Origin: Dehalococcoidales bacterium
GTDB lineage: Bacteria; Chloroflexota; Dehalococcoidia; Dehalococcoidales; UBA5627
NCBI GenBank assembly: GCA_034429935.1
Contig: DAOUFJ010000016.1
Coordinates: 428-64,427 of the forward strand
Length of the DNA: 64,000 nt
Direction: 5' to 3'
The position numbers and the translations under genes were made by a program. Of this stretch, positions 27,579 to 36,100 are shown piece after piece. Each line of letters begins with the position of its first letter. Within the stretch, counting starts at the first letter, position 1. The notes under the pieces were generated by a model that searched no databases, had not been told where the DNA came from, and saw only the letters and a list, made by a program, of their open reading frames with translations.

Positions 27579-27887
27579 ATGGAAGAATTTTTATCAGCAC
27601 CCTACCATACCAACTTCAAGGCAAAAAGACTCTTCAGCAACGGTGGTAATATAAACGATTGCCTGCTCGCTATTATAGGCCCCAATGGAGGCGGCCCGGT
27701 AGATAATCATACCCATGACCACGACCATATATTCATCGTTACGCAGGGGCAGGCGAAAATATTGTACGGCGATGAAACCATAATATTGAAGGAATATGAA
27801 TCCTGCTCGGTAAAAGGCAATATTCCTCATTCGGTATGGAATAACATCGATTCCGAGACCATTCTGATAGCCATATCAGTAAAATAG
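27579..27887 (+). CDS. Cupin domain protein
   Basis: 102 aa; HTHDHDHIFIVTQGQ...IPHSVWN cupin motifs. Confidence 0.6.
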   Translation: MEEFLSAPYHTNFKAKRLFSNGGNINDCLLAIIGPNGGGPVDNHTHDHDHIFIVTQGQAKILYGDETIILKEYESCSVKGNIPHSVWNNIDSETILIAISVK

Positions 27888-27918
27888 GAACATAGTCTTC
27901 AACCTGCCATACTGCCGT

Positions 27919-28176
27919 TTATTTTGGATTAGAGACATCGTTCAACGGATGCACTATTACCTTATGTGCGATGGCGCATCCGAGAACCAACTTTCCTCCC
28001 CTTAAACAGATTATCACCGGTCCGGGATGCCCCCCCTTGAATACCGTTATCTCCGTCCCCGGTATCAATCCCATATCGATCAATTTTATGCACAAATCCT
28101 GACCGTGTACTATCTTAGAAATGACATATACTTTGTCTTTATCTGCGAAGCATAAAGGAATATCGTTTCCGGTCAT
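27919..28176 (-). CDS. FeoA/SH3-like metal-transport accessory domain protein
   Basis: 85 aa; LIDMGLIPGTEITV...GPVIICLRGGKLVLG FeoA pattern. Confidence 0.6.
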   Translation of the reverse strand: MTGNDIPLCFADKDKVYVISKIVHGQDLCIKLIDMGLIPGTEITVFKGGHPGPVIICLRGGKLVLGCAIAHKVIVHPLNDVSNPK

Positions 28177-28197
28177 ATTAATCGATTCCGCCGCATA

Positions 28198-29133
28198 TCA
28201 GGCAACGCACTTTTGCAGGCCTTTTACCAGCCCGTCGGTGCGCATCGGGTGAGTGATGAGTATTAACATCCGATCGATATCGGCTGCATTGTTAAACGGT
28301 GTAATATTTACGAATCCGTTGGCCGCCTGTACCTCGAAAGTTCCTTCATAACCGTCGAGTTTAACAAATCCTTTGGCGCGCAGGACGCTGGGCGGCAGCC
28401 GGTTCAGCCACTTTTCCAGTTGCGGTCTCGACAGCGGGTCTTCGATTTGAAAACCCACCGAGCGGTACGAATCAGAAGTCGGACCGGCGGCGGTGTAAAC
28501 CTCCACCCCCGATTCGGAGACAAGCATCCTGCCGATATCCACCGAGCAAAAACTGGCTACGGTTATTATCGCAACCGGATTGATTTCTGAGATATCCAGA
28601 ATGATTTTTTCTATATCTGGCTGCGAAAGCAAGTCCGCCTTGTTTATGATTATGTTATCTGCTGTTTTAAGCTGCTGTTCTACCAGCGAGGCGTCTTTTT
28701 CATAAAGCAGGTTGCGTGCGGCATCGTAAACTACGATCACGTTGCAGATTTCTATATCGCCCCTGTCCCTAATCGGTTTTACAGCTTCGACGACTCCGGC
28801 AGGGTCGCCGACGCCGGTGGATTCGATAAACAGAGTAGCTCCGCTTGCGTCTTTAACAATGTTTTCGACGGCAGTAATCAATTCTTCACGCAGGTCGCAG
28901 CAGGCGCAGCCGCCGGTGATAGACGTCAGTTTGACTTTACGGGCATCCAGCAGCATCCCGTCGATATCGAGGTCGCCGAACTCGCTCATAATAACATAGG
29001 GCTGTTCTCCCCTTTCGTCTTCCCAGTCGATAAAGCGTTTCAAGAGCGTCGTCTTGCCGCTGCCTAAAAATCCGGCGATGATCACCACTCTGCAAGGTTG
29101 CTTCTTTGCTGATGAATTATTAGCAATGGACAT
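28198..29133 (-). CDS. COG0523-family (CobW/ZigA/YeiR-like) metallochaperone GTPase
   Basis: GFLGSGKTTLL P-loop, GGCACCDL CxCC metal motif, CobW C-terminal domain; AAGGGGG 6 nt before ATG 29133. Confidence 0.85.
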   Translation of the reverse strand: MSIANNSSAKKQPCRVVIIAGFLGSGKTTLLKRFIDWEDERGEQPYVIMSEFGDLDIDGMLLDARKVKLTSITGGCACCDLREELITAVENIVKDASGATLFIESTGVGDPAGVVEAVKPIRDRGDIEICNVIVVYDAARNLLYEKDASLVEQQLKTADNIIINKADLLSQPDIEKIILDISEINPVAIITVASFCSVDIGRMLVSESGVEVYTAAGPTSDSYRSVGFQIEDPLSRPQLEKWLNRLPPSVLRAKGFVKLDGYEGTFEVQAANGFVNITPFNNAADIDRMLILITHPMRTDGLVKGLQKCVA

Positions 29134-29146
29134 ATTAAACCCCCTT

Positions 29147-29329
29147 TTACTCTGCAATATTTAATTTGGCGGCATCTTTTCTGGAGATTATACGGGACAC
29201 GGTCGTCTTGCCGTCATCGGCGGCAATGCCCTTGATGGCTTTCCTTCCATCTTTCATGGTTAAAACCTGCGAATTCTTTATAGAAGTAAATGACTGTGTC
29301 TTGGCATTATATGCGCTGAACATTTCCAT
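29147..29329 (-). CDS. Small protein resembling a Cys-less DUF5679 zinc-ribbon domain
   Basis: AYNAKT...TMKDGRKAIKGIAADDGKT..SRII matches my recollection of the DUF5679 pattern aYCxKC...tMKNGRxAxkGtCPxCGTk.fRIg, with all four Cys replaced (N,T,A,D). Confidence 0.5.
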   Translation of the reverse strand: MEMFSAYNAKTQSFTSIKNSQVLTMKDGRKAIKGIAADDGKTTVSRIISRKDAAKLNIAE

Positions 29330-29361
29330 AATTTTCAAGTATCCCCATTTTTCACAGGTAT

Positions 29362-29385
29362 GTAATTGAAAACTTTTTCATTTAC
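29362..29385 (-). promoter_or_regulatory. 24-bp palindromic operator candidate (Zur/Fur-like) over the transcription start
   Basis: GTAATTGAAAAC|TTTTTCATTTAC, 10/12 arm symmetry with perfect TGAAAA-CT-TTTTCA core; directly abuts the -10 box. Confidence 0.55.
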
Positions 29386-29414
29386 ATATTAGCAAAAGGA
29401 TTTTCGGGTGTCAA
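29386..29414 (-). promoter_or_regulatory. Near-consensus promoter of the COG0523 operon
   Basis: The minus strand reads TTGACA (29414-29409), 17 nt, TAATAT (29391-29386). Confidence 0.6.
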
Positions 29415-29521
29415 GAGTTATTCACCTTTTAAACAAATTGTTGATTCACACAGCTATAAATAAGCAAAATATCCATACGTGTAGTACAATTATATTATCC
29501 TCGAAACCGGAGCAAAATATA

Positions 29522-31687
29522 ATGAACGAAAATCATATTCTAACCATAGCCAAACAGGCGAAGGTCTCAACCAAACAGGTAAAAGCCGTAGAGTCGCTGC
29601 TTTCCGAGGGCGCGACTATCCCGTTCATCGCCCGTTACCGCAAGGAGAAAACCGGGTCGCTGGATGAAGTGGTTCTCGGTGAAATACGTGACGAATTGTC
29701 TCGACTGGAAGCCCTGGATGACAGACGAAAGGCAATTCTGCAATCCCTTGAAGAACAGGGCGTCCTGACAGACGAATTACGCGCTTCCGTTGAAGCGGCT
29801 GAAACTATGTCTGTACTTGAAGATATCTATCTCCCCTACCGCCCCAAGCGCCGCACCCGTGCCACTATGGCTAAAGAGAAGGGACTGGAGCCTCTTGCCG
29901 TTATGATAATGGCTCAGGAGATTAGCGACCCGGCTCACGAAGCGCAGGCATTTATTAACGAGGAAAAAGGCGTTTCGACAATCGATGAGGCGCTTTCTGG
30001 AGCACGCGACATTATTGCCGAATGGATAAACGAAGACGCCGCGACCAGGCAGGGCATACGCCGTCTTTTCTACATGGAAGGACTTATTCAATCCAGCGTT
30101 GTAAAAGACAAGGAAGAAGCAGCCGCCAAATACCGGGACTATTTCGAATGGCAGGAGCCTGTTTCACGTGTTCCCAGCCATCGCCTGCTTGCCATGCTGC
30201 GCGGCGAGAACGAGGGGTTGCTTAAACTTAAAATCAGGCCGCCGCAGGAAAAGGCTTCTTCCTTACTTCACAGGCATTTTGTAAAAGGAGAGGGGGATGC
30301 TTCCGCACAGGTTGTCATGGCGGTGGAAGACAGCTATACAAGGCTATTAGCGCCTTCGATTGAAACGGATATTCGCCAGCAGGCTAAAGAGCGCGCCGAT
30401 GACGAGGCGCTACGCGTCTTTGCCCGCAACCTGCGTGAAACCCTGATGTCTCCGCCGCTGGGGCCGAGAGCAATCCTTGCCATCGACCCCGGCTTCCGTA
30501 CAGGCTGTAAAGTAGTCTGTCTCGACCCGCAGGGCAAGCTTTTATCTCATTCCGTTATCTTTATAGAACAATCGGAAGCACGTACGAAGGAAGCGCAAAA
30601 GACGATAACCGACCTGGTGCATAAATACGAAATCAAGGCCATTGCCATCGGAAACGGCACTGCCGGCAGGGAAACCGAGGAATTCGTCAGGGGACTGGGA
30701 TTGCCGGGAGAAATCCCGGTTGTCATGGTAAACGAAAGCGGCGCATCGATTTATTCCGCATCCCCCGTAGCGCGTGAAGAGTTCCCCGAATATGATATTA
30801 CCGTTCGCGGCGCCGTATCCATCGGGCGCAGATTGTTAGACCCGTTGGCAGAACTGGTTAAGATAGACCCCAAATCCATCGGTGTCGGACAATACCAGCA
30901 CGATGTAGACCAGAACAGGCTCAAAAATAACCTCGACGAAACCGTTATGAGCTGCGTCAACGAGGTCGGCGTAAAGGTAAACACCGCCAGCCAGCAGCTT
31001 CTCACCTATGTTTCGGGGCTGGGGCCGATGCTTGCCAAAAACGTAATCGCCTACAGGAACGAGAACGGCCCGTTCCATAGCCGTGCCGAACTCAAGAAAG
31101 TCCCCAGGTTGGGGCCTAAGGCATTCGAGCTGGCAGCCGGATTCCTGCGTATCGATGATGCCAAAAATCCGCTCGATGCCAGCGCAGTACACCCTGAAAG
31201 CTACCACATCGTCGATAGAATGGCAAAAGACATGGATTGCAGTATATCAGACCTGATGCGCCGCGACGACCTCAGGCGTCAAATCAAGCTCGATAATTAT
31301 ATCGAAGGTGATTACGGGCTTCCGACACTGCAGGACATCATATCCGAGCTTGCCAGGCCGGGACGCGACCCGCGCAAGCAGTTCGAGGCGACCGCTTTTG
31401 CCGCTAACATCAAGACTATCGAACAGCTTGCCCCCGGCATGAAACTTGCCGGAATCGTAACCAATGTTACCAACTTCGGGGCTTTTGTCGATATCGGTGT
31501 GCATCAGGACGGGCTGGTTCATATCAGCGAACTGGCCGATAAATTCGTAAAGAATCCGGCTGATGTGGTCAGCGTCAATCAAAAGGTGATGGTAACCGTA
31601 ATGTCAGTGGATACCGGCCGCAGGCGCATTTCACTATCGATGAAGTCCGATGCAGACTCGCGCATTCAACCGGCAGCAGGCAGTTAA
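29522..31687 (+). CDS. tex: Transcription accessory protein Tex (S1 domain)
   Basis: IPFIARYRKE N-terminus, YqgF-like and HhH regions, C-terminal S1 (GIVTNVTNFGAFVDIGVHQDGLVHISE); start moved to ATG 29522. Confidence 0.92.
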   Translation: MNENHILTIAKQAKVSTKQVKAVESLLSEGATIPFIARYRKEKTGSLDEVVLGEIRDELSRLEALDDRRKAILQSLEEQGVLTDELRASVEAAETMSVLEDIYLPYRPKRRTRATMAKEKGLEPLAVMIMAQEISDPAHEAQAFINEEKGVSTIDEALSGARDIIAEWINEDAATRQGIRRLFYMEGLIQSSVVKDKEEAAAKYRDYFEWQEPVSRVPSHRLLAMLRGENEGLLKLKIRPPQEKASSLLHRHFVKGEGDASAQVVMAVEDSYTRLLAPSIETDIRQQAKERADDEALRVFARNLRETLMSPPLGPRAILAIDPGFRTGCKVVCLDPQGKLLSHSVIFIEQSEARTKEAQKTITDLVHKYEIKAIAIGNGTAGRETEEFVRGLGLPGEIPVVMVNESGASIYSASPVAREEFPEYDITVRGAVSIGRRLLDPLAELVKIDPKSIGVGQYQHDVDQNRLKNNLDETVMSCVNEVGVKVNTASQQLLTYVSGLGPMLAKNVIAYRNENGPFHSRAELKKVPRLGPKAFELAAGFLRIDDAKNPLDASAVHPESYHIVDRMAKDMDCSISDLMRRDDLRRQIKLDNYIEGDYGLPTLQDIISELARPGRDPRKQFEATAFAANIKTIEQLAPGMKLAGIVTNVTNFGAFVDIGVHQDGLVHISELADKFVKNPADVVSVNQKVMVTVMSVDTGRRRISLSMKSDADSRIQPAAGS

Positions 31688-31695
31688 AAGAGATT

Positions 31696-31989
31696 ATGCA
31701 GGATTGGTATCTATACCTTATCAGGTGCAGGGACGGAAGCCTGTATACCGGAATTACCACTGATGTTGCCCGCCGGTTTGCGGAACACCGGAGCGGCAAG
31801 GGTTCAAAATACCTGCGCGGCAGAAGCCCTTTGACACTGGTTTTTCAAAAGAAACTTGGAAGCAAGAACCATGCGCTTGCTGTAGAACACAGGATTAAGC
31901 AGCTGCCAAAGGTAAAAAAAGAAGAGTTAATACGCAATGACAGTCGTATCGACGAGATATTTTCTTCATATTTGGATAAAGACAAGTAA
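31696..31989 (+). CDS. GIY-YIG nuclease family protein (UPF0213-like)
   Basis: 97 aa; WYLYLIRCRDGSLYTGITTDVARRFAEH. Confidence 0.85.
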   Translation: MQDWYLYLIRCRDGSLYTGITTDVARRFAEHRSGKGSKYLRGRSPLTLVFQKKLGSKNHALAVEHRIKQLPKVKKEELIRNDSRIDEIFSSYLDKDK

Positions 31990-32165
31990 TGTCATGCTTA
32001 AGTCCAGACAGGTCGAGACGAAGCATCCGGAGTGGGGTAATAATATAAGCCGCTCGTGTCCTTCGTCATGCTCAGGATGCACGGATATTATTAAAGTCCC
32101 GATGAAATCGGGATGAGCCTGTCGAACCCCGTTCGTGGTGAGCCTGTCGAACCATAGCGGCGGCA
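31988..32165. repeat. Mosaic intergenic repeat cluster 3
   Basis: GTCATGCTTAAGTCC...CGAAGCATCCGGAGTGGGG; CCCGATGAAATCGGGAT; GTTCGTGGTGAGCCTGTCGAACCATAGCGG (near-identical to 47549-47578). Confidence 0.8.
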
Positions 32166-32328
32166 GATACGGGTTTTTAATCAACAAACAAAACTTTTAA
32201 AAACCGGGCAACACAAATTAAGAAGACCCGGCCTATCTTAACCGATTGGAAGATAAACCGGGCCATCGCTCAACTTCTCAGGATATTCTTTTGCGAATTC
32301 TCTTTAGGATTGCAAAGGCAATGAGTTT

Positions 32329-32511
32329 TTAGTCCTGATCTTTTTTCAAGACGTTCTTGCGCATACTTTTCCAGCTTGCGCTCTCATGTTGCCAGATGGG
32401 CTGCTTACATGTGCAGCAAAAGATTTGTGTAGTGTTATCGATTTTTTTCTCTTCGCCTTTGACAAGCTTCTTGCAATTGCCGCACCAGGTTTTCTTTGTG
32501 CATAATTTCAT
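32329..32511 (-). CDS. Small zinc-ribbon protein
   Basis: 60 aa; WCGNCKK...FCCTCKQ Cys pairs; Lys-rich. Confidence 0.45.
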   Translation of the reverse strand: MKLCTKKTWCGNCKKLVKGEEKKIDNTTQIFCCTCKQPIWQHESASWKSMRKNVLKKDQD

Positions 32512-32594
32512 TGTTCACCGCTCTCAAGTAATACTTATTTTAGTTTTTCTAACAGGTTTTATCCCGTTAACGCCCCAGGCTATTTAATCGAGGC

Positions 32595-32726
32595 TTAGCG
32601 CGACGGCGGATATAATTCCCTGATCAATCTGTCCTGTTCTTTTACATCGGCGACAGTGCTGCGGATGCGCGATTTTTCCCTGCGGATATGTTTTCGGGTC
32701 GATTTGGAAAAGTTTTTGTTTGCCAT
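32595..32726 (-). CDS. Possible 43-aa basic micro-protein
   Basis: Own translation MANKNFSKSTRKHIRREKSRIRSTVADVKEQDRLIRELYPPSR; GAGGAG lies ~18 nt upstream (a long spacing). Confidence 0.25.
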   Translation of the reverse strand: MANKNFSKSTRKHIRREKSRIRSTVADVKEQDRLIRELYPPSR

Positions 32727-33116
32727 ATATTTTTTATTTATTTACTCCTCTATATACACCAGTATACTCCTTTTTCCGTTTTCAAATATTTATGTTGATT
32801 TATTGATTAAGCACAAGAAGGCGGAAAGAAGAATACTTGTTTAATTTATGGATGGAGATTTACAATACTTGAGCAATAATAGCGGACACCTGCTATTGTG
32901 ATAGCCGGAGAGACAATTCCCGTACATATCGATAAGAACGTATTTAGTGAACAAGAAGATTGCAGGGATGTTTGGATTTTAGAAATGAGAGATTGGAACA
33001 ATGGAGAATGGACAAGATGAAAATATAAATATCTTGATAACGCATACAGATGAAGGGGAAAAGACAAAAATATCTTCCCCCTAATCCCGTAAAACCGGCT
33101 TGGTGTATATATTAAT

Positions 33117-33488
33117 TCAGGCTATCCGTTTGATATCCATTTCTCTTTTTATGAGAATAGCACCGATTAAATAAACCACCGTCAGAATAAAAAGACTCCA
33201 GATTAATCTTGGTTCGCTATCGCCACCGATAAGACAAATTACCTCGATATATATTGCAAATGCTGAAATAGCGATAGCAATCAGGATTCCTGTTTTAGGA
33301 CGCCATATCGTTATCAGTGTAATTATAACCAGCGGTAAACCAAATATTAAACCGGACAGAAGCCGCAGCCCTGAATCTTCCGGATTAATAGCAAGTTCAG
33401 CGTACCAATACGCTCCGAATATTGAGATTAAAGAACTGGCAATCATTATAATCAGCCCTATTATCCTCATGATATTATATGATTTCAT
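33117..33488 (-). CDS. Four-TM membrane protein (AT-rich island)
   Basis: 123 aa; four hydrophobic helices; last gene of the minus-strand cluster. Confidence 0.6.
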   Translation of the reverse strand: MKSYNIMRIIGLIIMIASSLISIFGAYWYAELAINPEDSGLRLLSGLIFGLPLVIITLITIWRPKTGILIAIAISAFAIYIEVICLIGGDSEPRLIWSLFILTVVYLIGAILIKREMDIKRIA

Positions 33489-33572
33489 CTATGTTACCTT
33501 TTAATATTATCTAATCTTGTAATAACTCTCTCAACATCATGACTGGACTAATAAGCTAGAAAAATTAATTTA

Positions 33573-34595
33573 TTACTTATTAACCCTGGAGTATCTATTT
33601 TTATTCATCAGCAAAATAGTAATAATAATACCAATCAATATAAAGCCACTTAGTATCAAACTAAATATTGAAGAGTCCCCTTGACCCATTTTGGTAACCG
33701 GGATATCAAATGTTGCTACAGGACTATTAGACCCACCATGTGCAGAGGCTCTAATATATATAATAGAATTACCTTCTTCTTCTGCACAAAAAGTAAAGGT
33801 TCCTTTAACATTTTCTTCTTTTTCAATTGTATCAAAACTATATATCTTATTATCCAATAACATTAAATTATCATATGTTATTGCACTTACAACAACATTT
33901 TTTGCTGGCAATATTCCTTGATTTGTTAGCGAAAAGCTTAATATTATCGAATCTCCAACATGTATATTTTTTGATAAACATTCAGCTTGTAATAATAAGT
34001 GCGGTGGAGAAATATTGGTAAACTCTATCCCGGATTTTTTTGTAATTATTACTTCGTCTACTTTTATATCTCCAAAAGCTTCCGTTTGAAAAGTAAGTAA
34101 ATTTTTACCACCATGAATTCCATTTGTTTGTATGTAATTAGTAAAATATCCAGCTACTTTCAATTCATCAGAAGAATACTCTAAACATTCGTTGATTAGA
34201 TCAACTGTATTATATTCAACAATTAACTCACCATATTCATTAAGTTTTGTTGTTACTTCAATTTGAGCTGAACTAAAACCATTTGAAAGAGCACTCACTA
34301 AAAACACTCCTTCTCCAGATTCATCTGATATAACAACTTCATAATCAATATGTATTAAATACCAATCGTCTTTTCCTTGTCTTGCATTATCCATCAACAC
34401 ATAAAAAATGTCTTGTTTTTCGAAATCACTAGGCAGCTTAAAAATAATATCTTCATATCCCAACATTTCCATAGTATATAAGCCATATGAGTTTATATCC
34501 ACCATATCTTCTTGCGCATCGATAGGATTTAAAGGGGAATAAAACAATACAAATATAAAAACACACAATATAAAAACTCTCATATTTAAAACCAT
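33573..34595 (-). CDS. Cell-surface protein: signal peptide, beta domains (CARDB-like segment), C-terminal TM anchor
   Basis: 340 aa; N-terminal hydrophobic leader, HVGDSIILSFSLTNQGILPAKNVVVSA CARDB-like strand pattern, C-terminal IFSLILSGFILIGIIITILL anchor. Confidence 0.6.
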   Translation of the reverse strand: MVLNMRVFILCVFIFVLFYSPLNPIDAQEDMVDINSYGLYTMEMLGYEDIIFKLPSDFEKQDIFYVLMDNARQGKDDWYLIHIDYEVVISDESGEGVFLVSALSNGFSSAQIEVTTKLNEYGELIVEYNTVDLINECLEYSSDELKVAGYFTNYIQTNGIHGGKNLLTFQTEAFGDIKVDEVIITKKSGIEFTNISPPHLLLQAECLSKNIHVGDSIILSFSLTNQGILPAKNVVVSAITYDNLMLLDNKIYSFDTIEKEENVKGTFTFCAEEEGNSIIYIRASAHGGSNSPVATFDIPVTKMGQGDSSIFSLILSGFILIGIIITILLMNKNRYSRVNK

Positions 34596-34671
34596 AAATG
34601 GTTTCTCCCTTTAAACAGGCTACACGACAATTAATGTGTGTAGCCTGTTTAAACATTTTACAAAAATATAA

Positions 34672-35292
34672 TTATGGGACATTTACTGCGGATGCATAAC
34701 CGTTGCTTTGATAATAATGATCACCTTGCCACTCATCAATATCATTGCCATAATAACCATAATTTTGAACAACAGAATATCCTGCTGATTCAGCTGTAGA
34801 ACACATACACAATTCAGCGACTTCACTATATCCATAATCTCCAAACGGTTCATTGATATCCATATGGCTTGTCCCTAAACAATAATATCCAAGAGAAGTA
34901 TTATATGAGCTAGTTCCTGAATTGGCATAAATACGCATATGGTAACGATAAGTCGTTAAAATATCTCCAGACTTAGTCCCATCGTCAGTGTCAGTTACCC
35001 AACCAGACCCATCATTCAGCTTAAAATACATGGTTGAACCTTGCCACCCTGCATCACCCCAATATATATTTTTGACCTTATTAACAGTTGCATTGTTAGT
35101 AAAAAGCATATTATTAGGCCAATCCACATTGTTTGCATCATAATTACTTGTAGTTCCATCATAGTTGTACCATGAGTCCTCAGCTATTGTCAGTACCGCA
35201 AAATTATCGACTTGTCCTGCTTGAACTGTAGATAAAGGCATCACAAATGTAAAAAAAAGAAGAGACACAGCAACAATTATGTAATATTTCAT
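34672..35292 (-). CDS. Secreted Tyr/Gly/Asn-rich protein of unknown function
   Basis: 206 aa; signal peptide ..STVQA/GQ; no motif recognised. Confidence 0.6.
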   Translation of the reverse strand: MKYYIIVAVSLLFFTFVMPLSTVQAGQVDNFAVLTIAEDSWYNYDGTTSNYDANNVDWPNNMLFTNNATVNKVKNIYWGDAGWQGSTMYFKLNDGSGWVTDTDDGTKSGDILTTYRYHMRIYANSGTSSYNTSLGYYCLGTSHMDINEPFGDYGYSEVAELCMCSTAESAGYSVVQNYGYYGNDIDEWQGDHYYQSNGYASAVNVP

Positions 35293-35328
35293 TTTTATTA
35301 ATCTCCTAATTTTTCAAAATATAATTCA

Positions 35329-35829
35329 TTACCATTCATTAGCAGGGAATGGTAATATTTTGATAACTTCCCCCGTAGTTAGGTCCACGCCAACATATAA
35401 TATTCCGACATTCATTTCTATTTGTTCTGAATACTTTTGATATAAAGCATCATCAGTTGTTGTAAACTTTACGAGCGGCCAATTATAGGATATATACACC
35501 GGAGCATCAAGAACAACTTCTACAACACCCCCGATTCTTGTCTGACAATCCTCAGTTATCCAATTAGAAACCTTATTGATATGATACGTTAATCCTTTTG
35601 TAATTTCTTGAAATTGTCTGTCAGCTAAAGCTATATTTAAAATTTTAGTTTTATCGGCTTCGGATAATACATGTATACTAGAATCCCTATCATCCTCATT
35701 TGTTAACTTGTGAACCGTTACATCAGGTAAAACATTATCAGCAACAATAGTATTAATTCCCACACACAAAGAGGTTATTAATAACGCTAAAACAAGTGAG
35801 AACCCCAAAATTTTCATACCCTTTTTCAT
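35329..35829 (-). CDS. Secreted/anchored protein of unknown function
   Basis: 166 aa; MKKGMKILGFSLVLALLITSLCVG leader. Confidence 0.6.
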   Translation of the reverse strand: MKKGMKILGFSLVLALLITSLCVGINTIVADNVLPDVTVHKLTNEDDRDSSIHVLSEADKTKILNIALADRQFQEITKGLTYHINKVSNWITEDCQTRIGGVVEVVLDAPVYISYNWPLVKFTTTDDALYQKYSEQIEMNVGILYVGVDLTTGEVIKILPFPANEW

Positions 35830-35870
35830 TTTTCACCTCCAGTAATATTAAGTATTTCGCTTTGTTTCAA

Positions 35871-35895
35871 TGCCCTATCATTAGATGACAGGGCA
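35871..35895. promoter_or_regulatory. 25-bp palindrome in the divergent promoter region of the TCS island
   Basis: TGCCCTATCAT-TAG-ATGACAGGGCA (one mismatch per 11-nt arm), 42 nt upstream of the 35829 start. Confidence 0.4.
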
Positions 35896-36100
35896 ATATA
35901 CTATCTAATTGCCATGCACAGAATAATATGTAAAACAATTTTTTTAAATAATACATAATTTCAATACATAATCATTCGTCTCTAGTTTTATCCCATTCGA
36001 TATATAATGATGTTAGAAGTATATTAAATACATGAACAGGGTCTTTAGACCCATAATTTCTATAAAACATCTGCTATAATACAACTACTATTGAAAGAAG

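Noticed and set aside
34672-35292. Assigning the 206-aa secreted protein to a peptidase, bacteriocin or LAS-metallopeptidase family on the basis of YHMRIY / SHMD
   Set aside because: The motifs do not fit the spacing of any family I can recall. The assignment would be invention.
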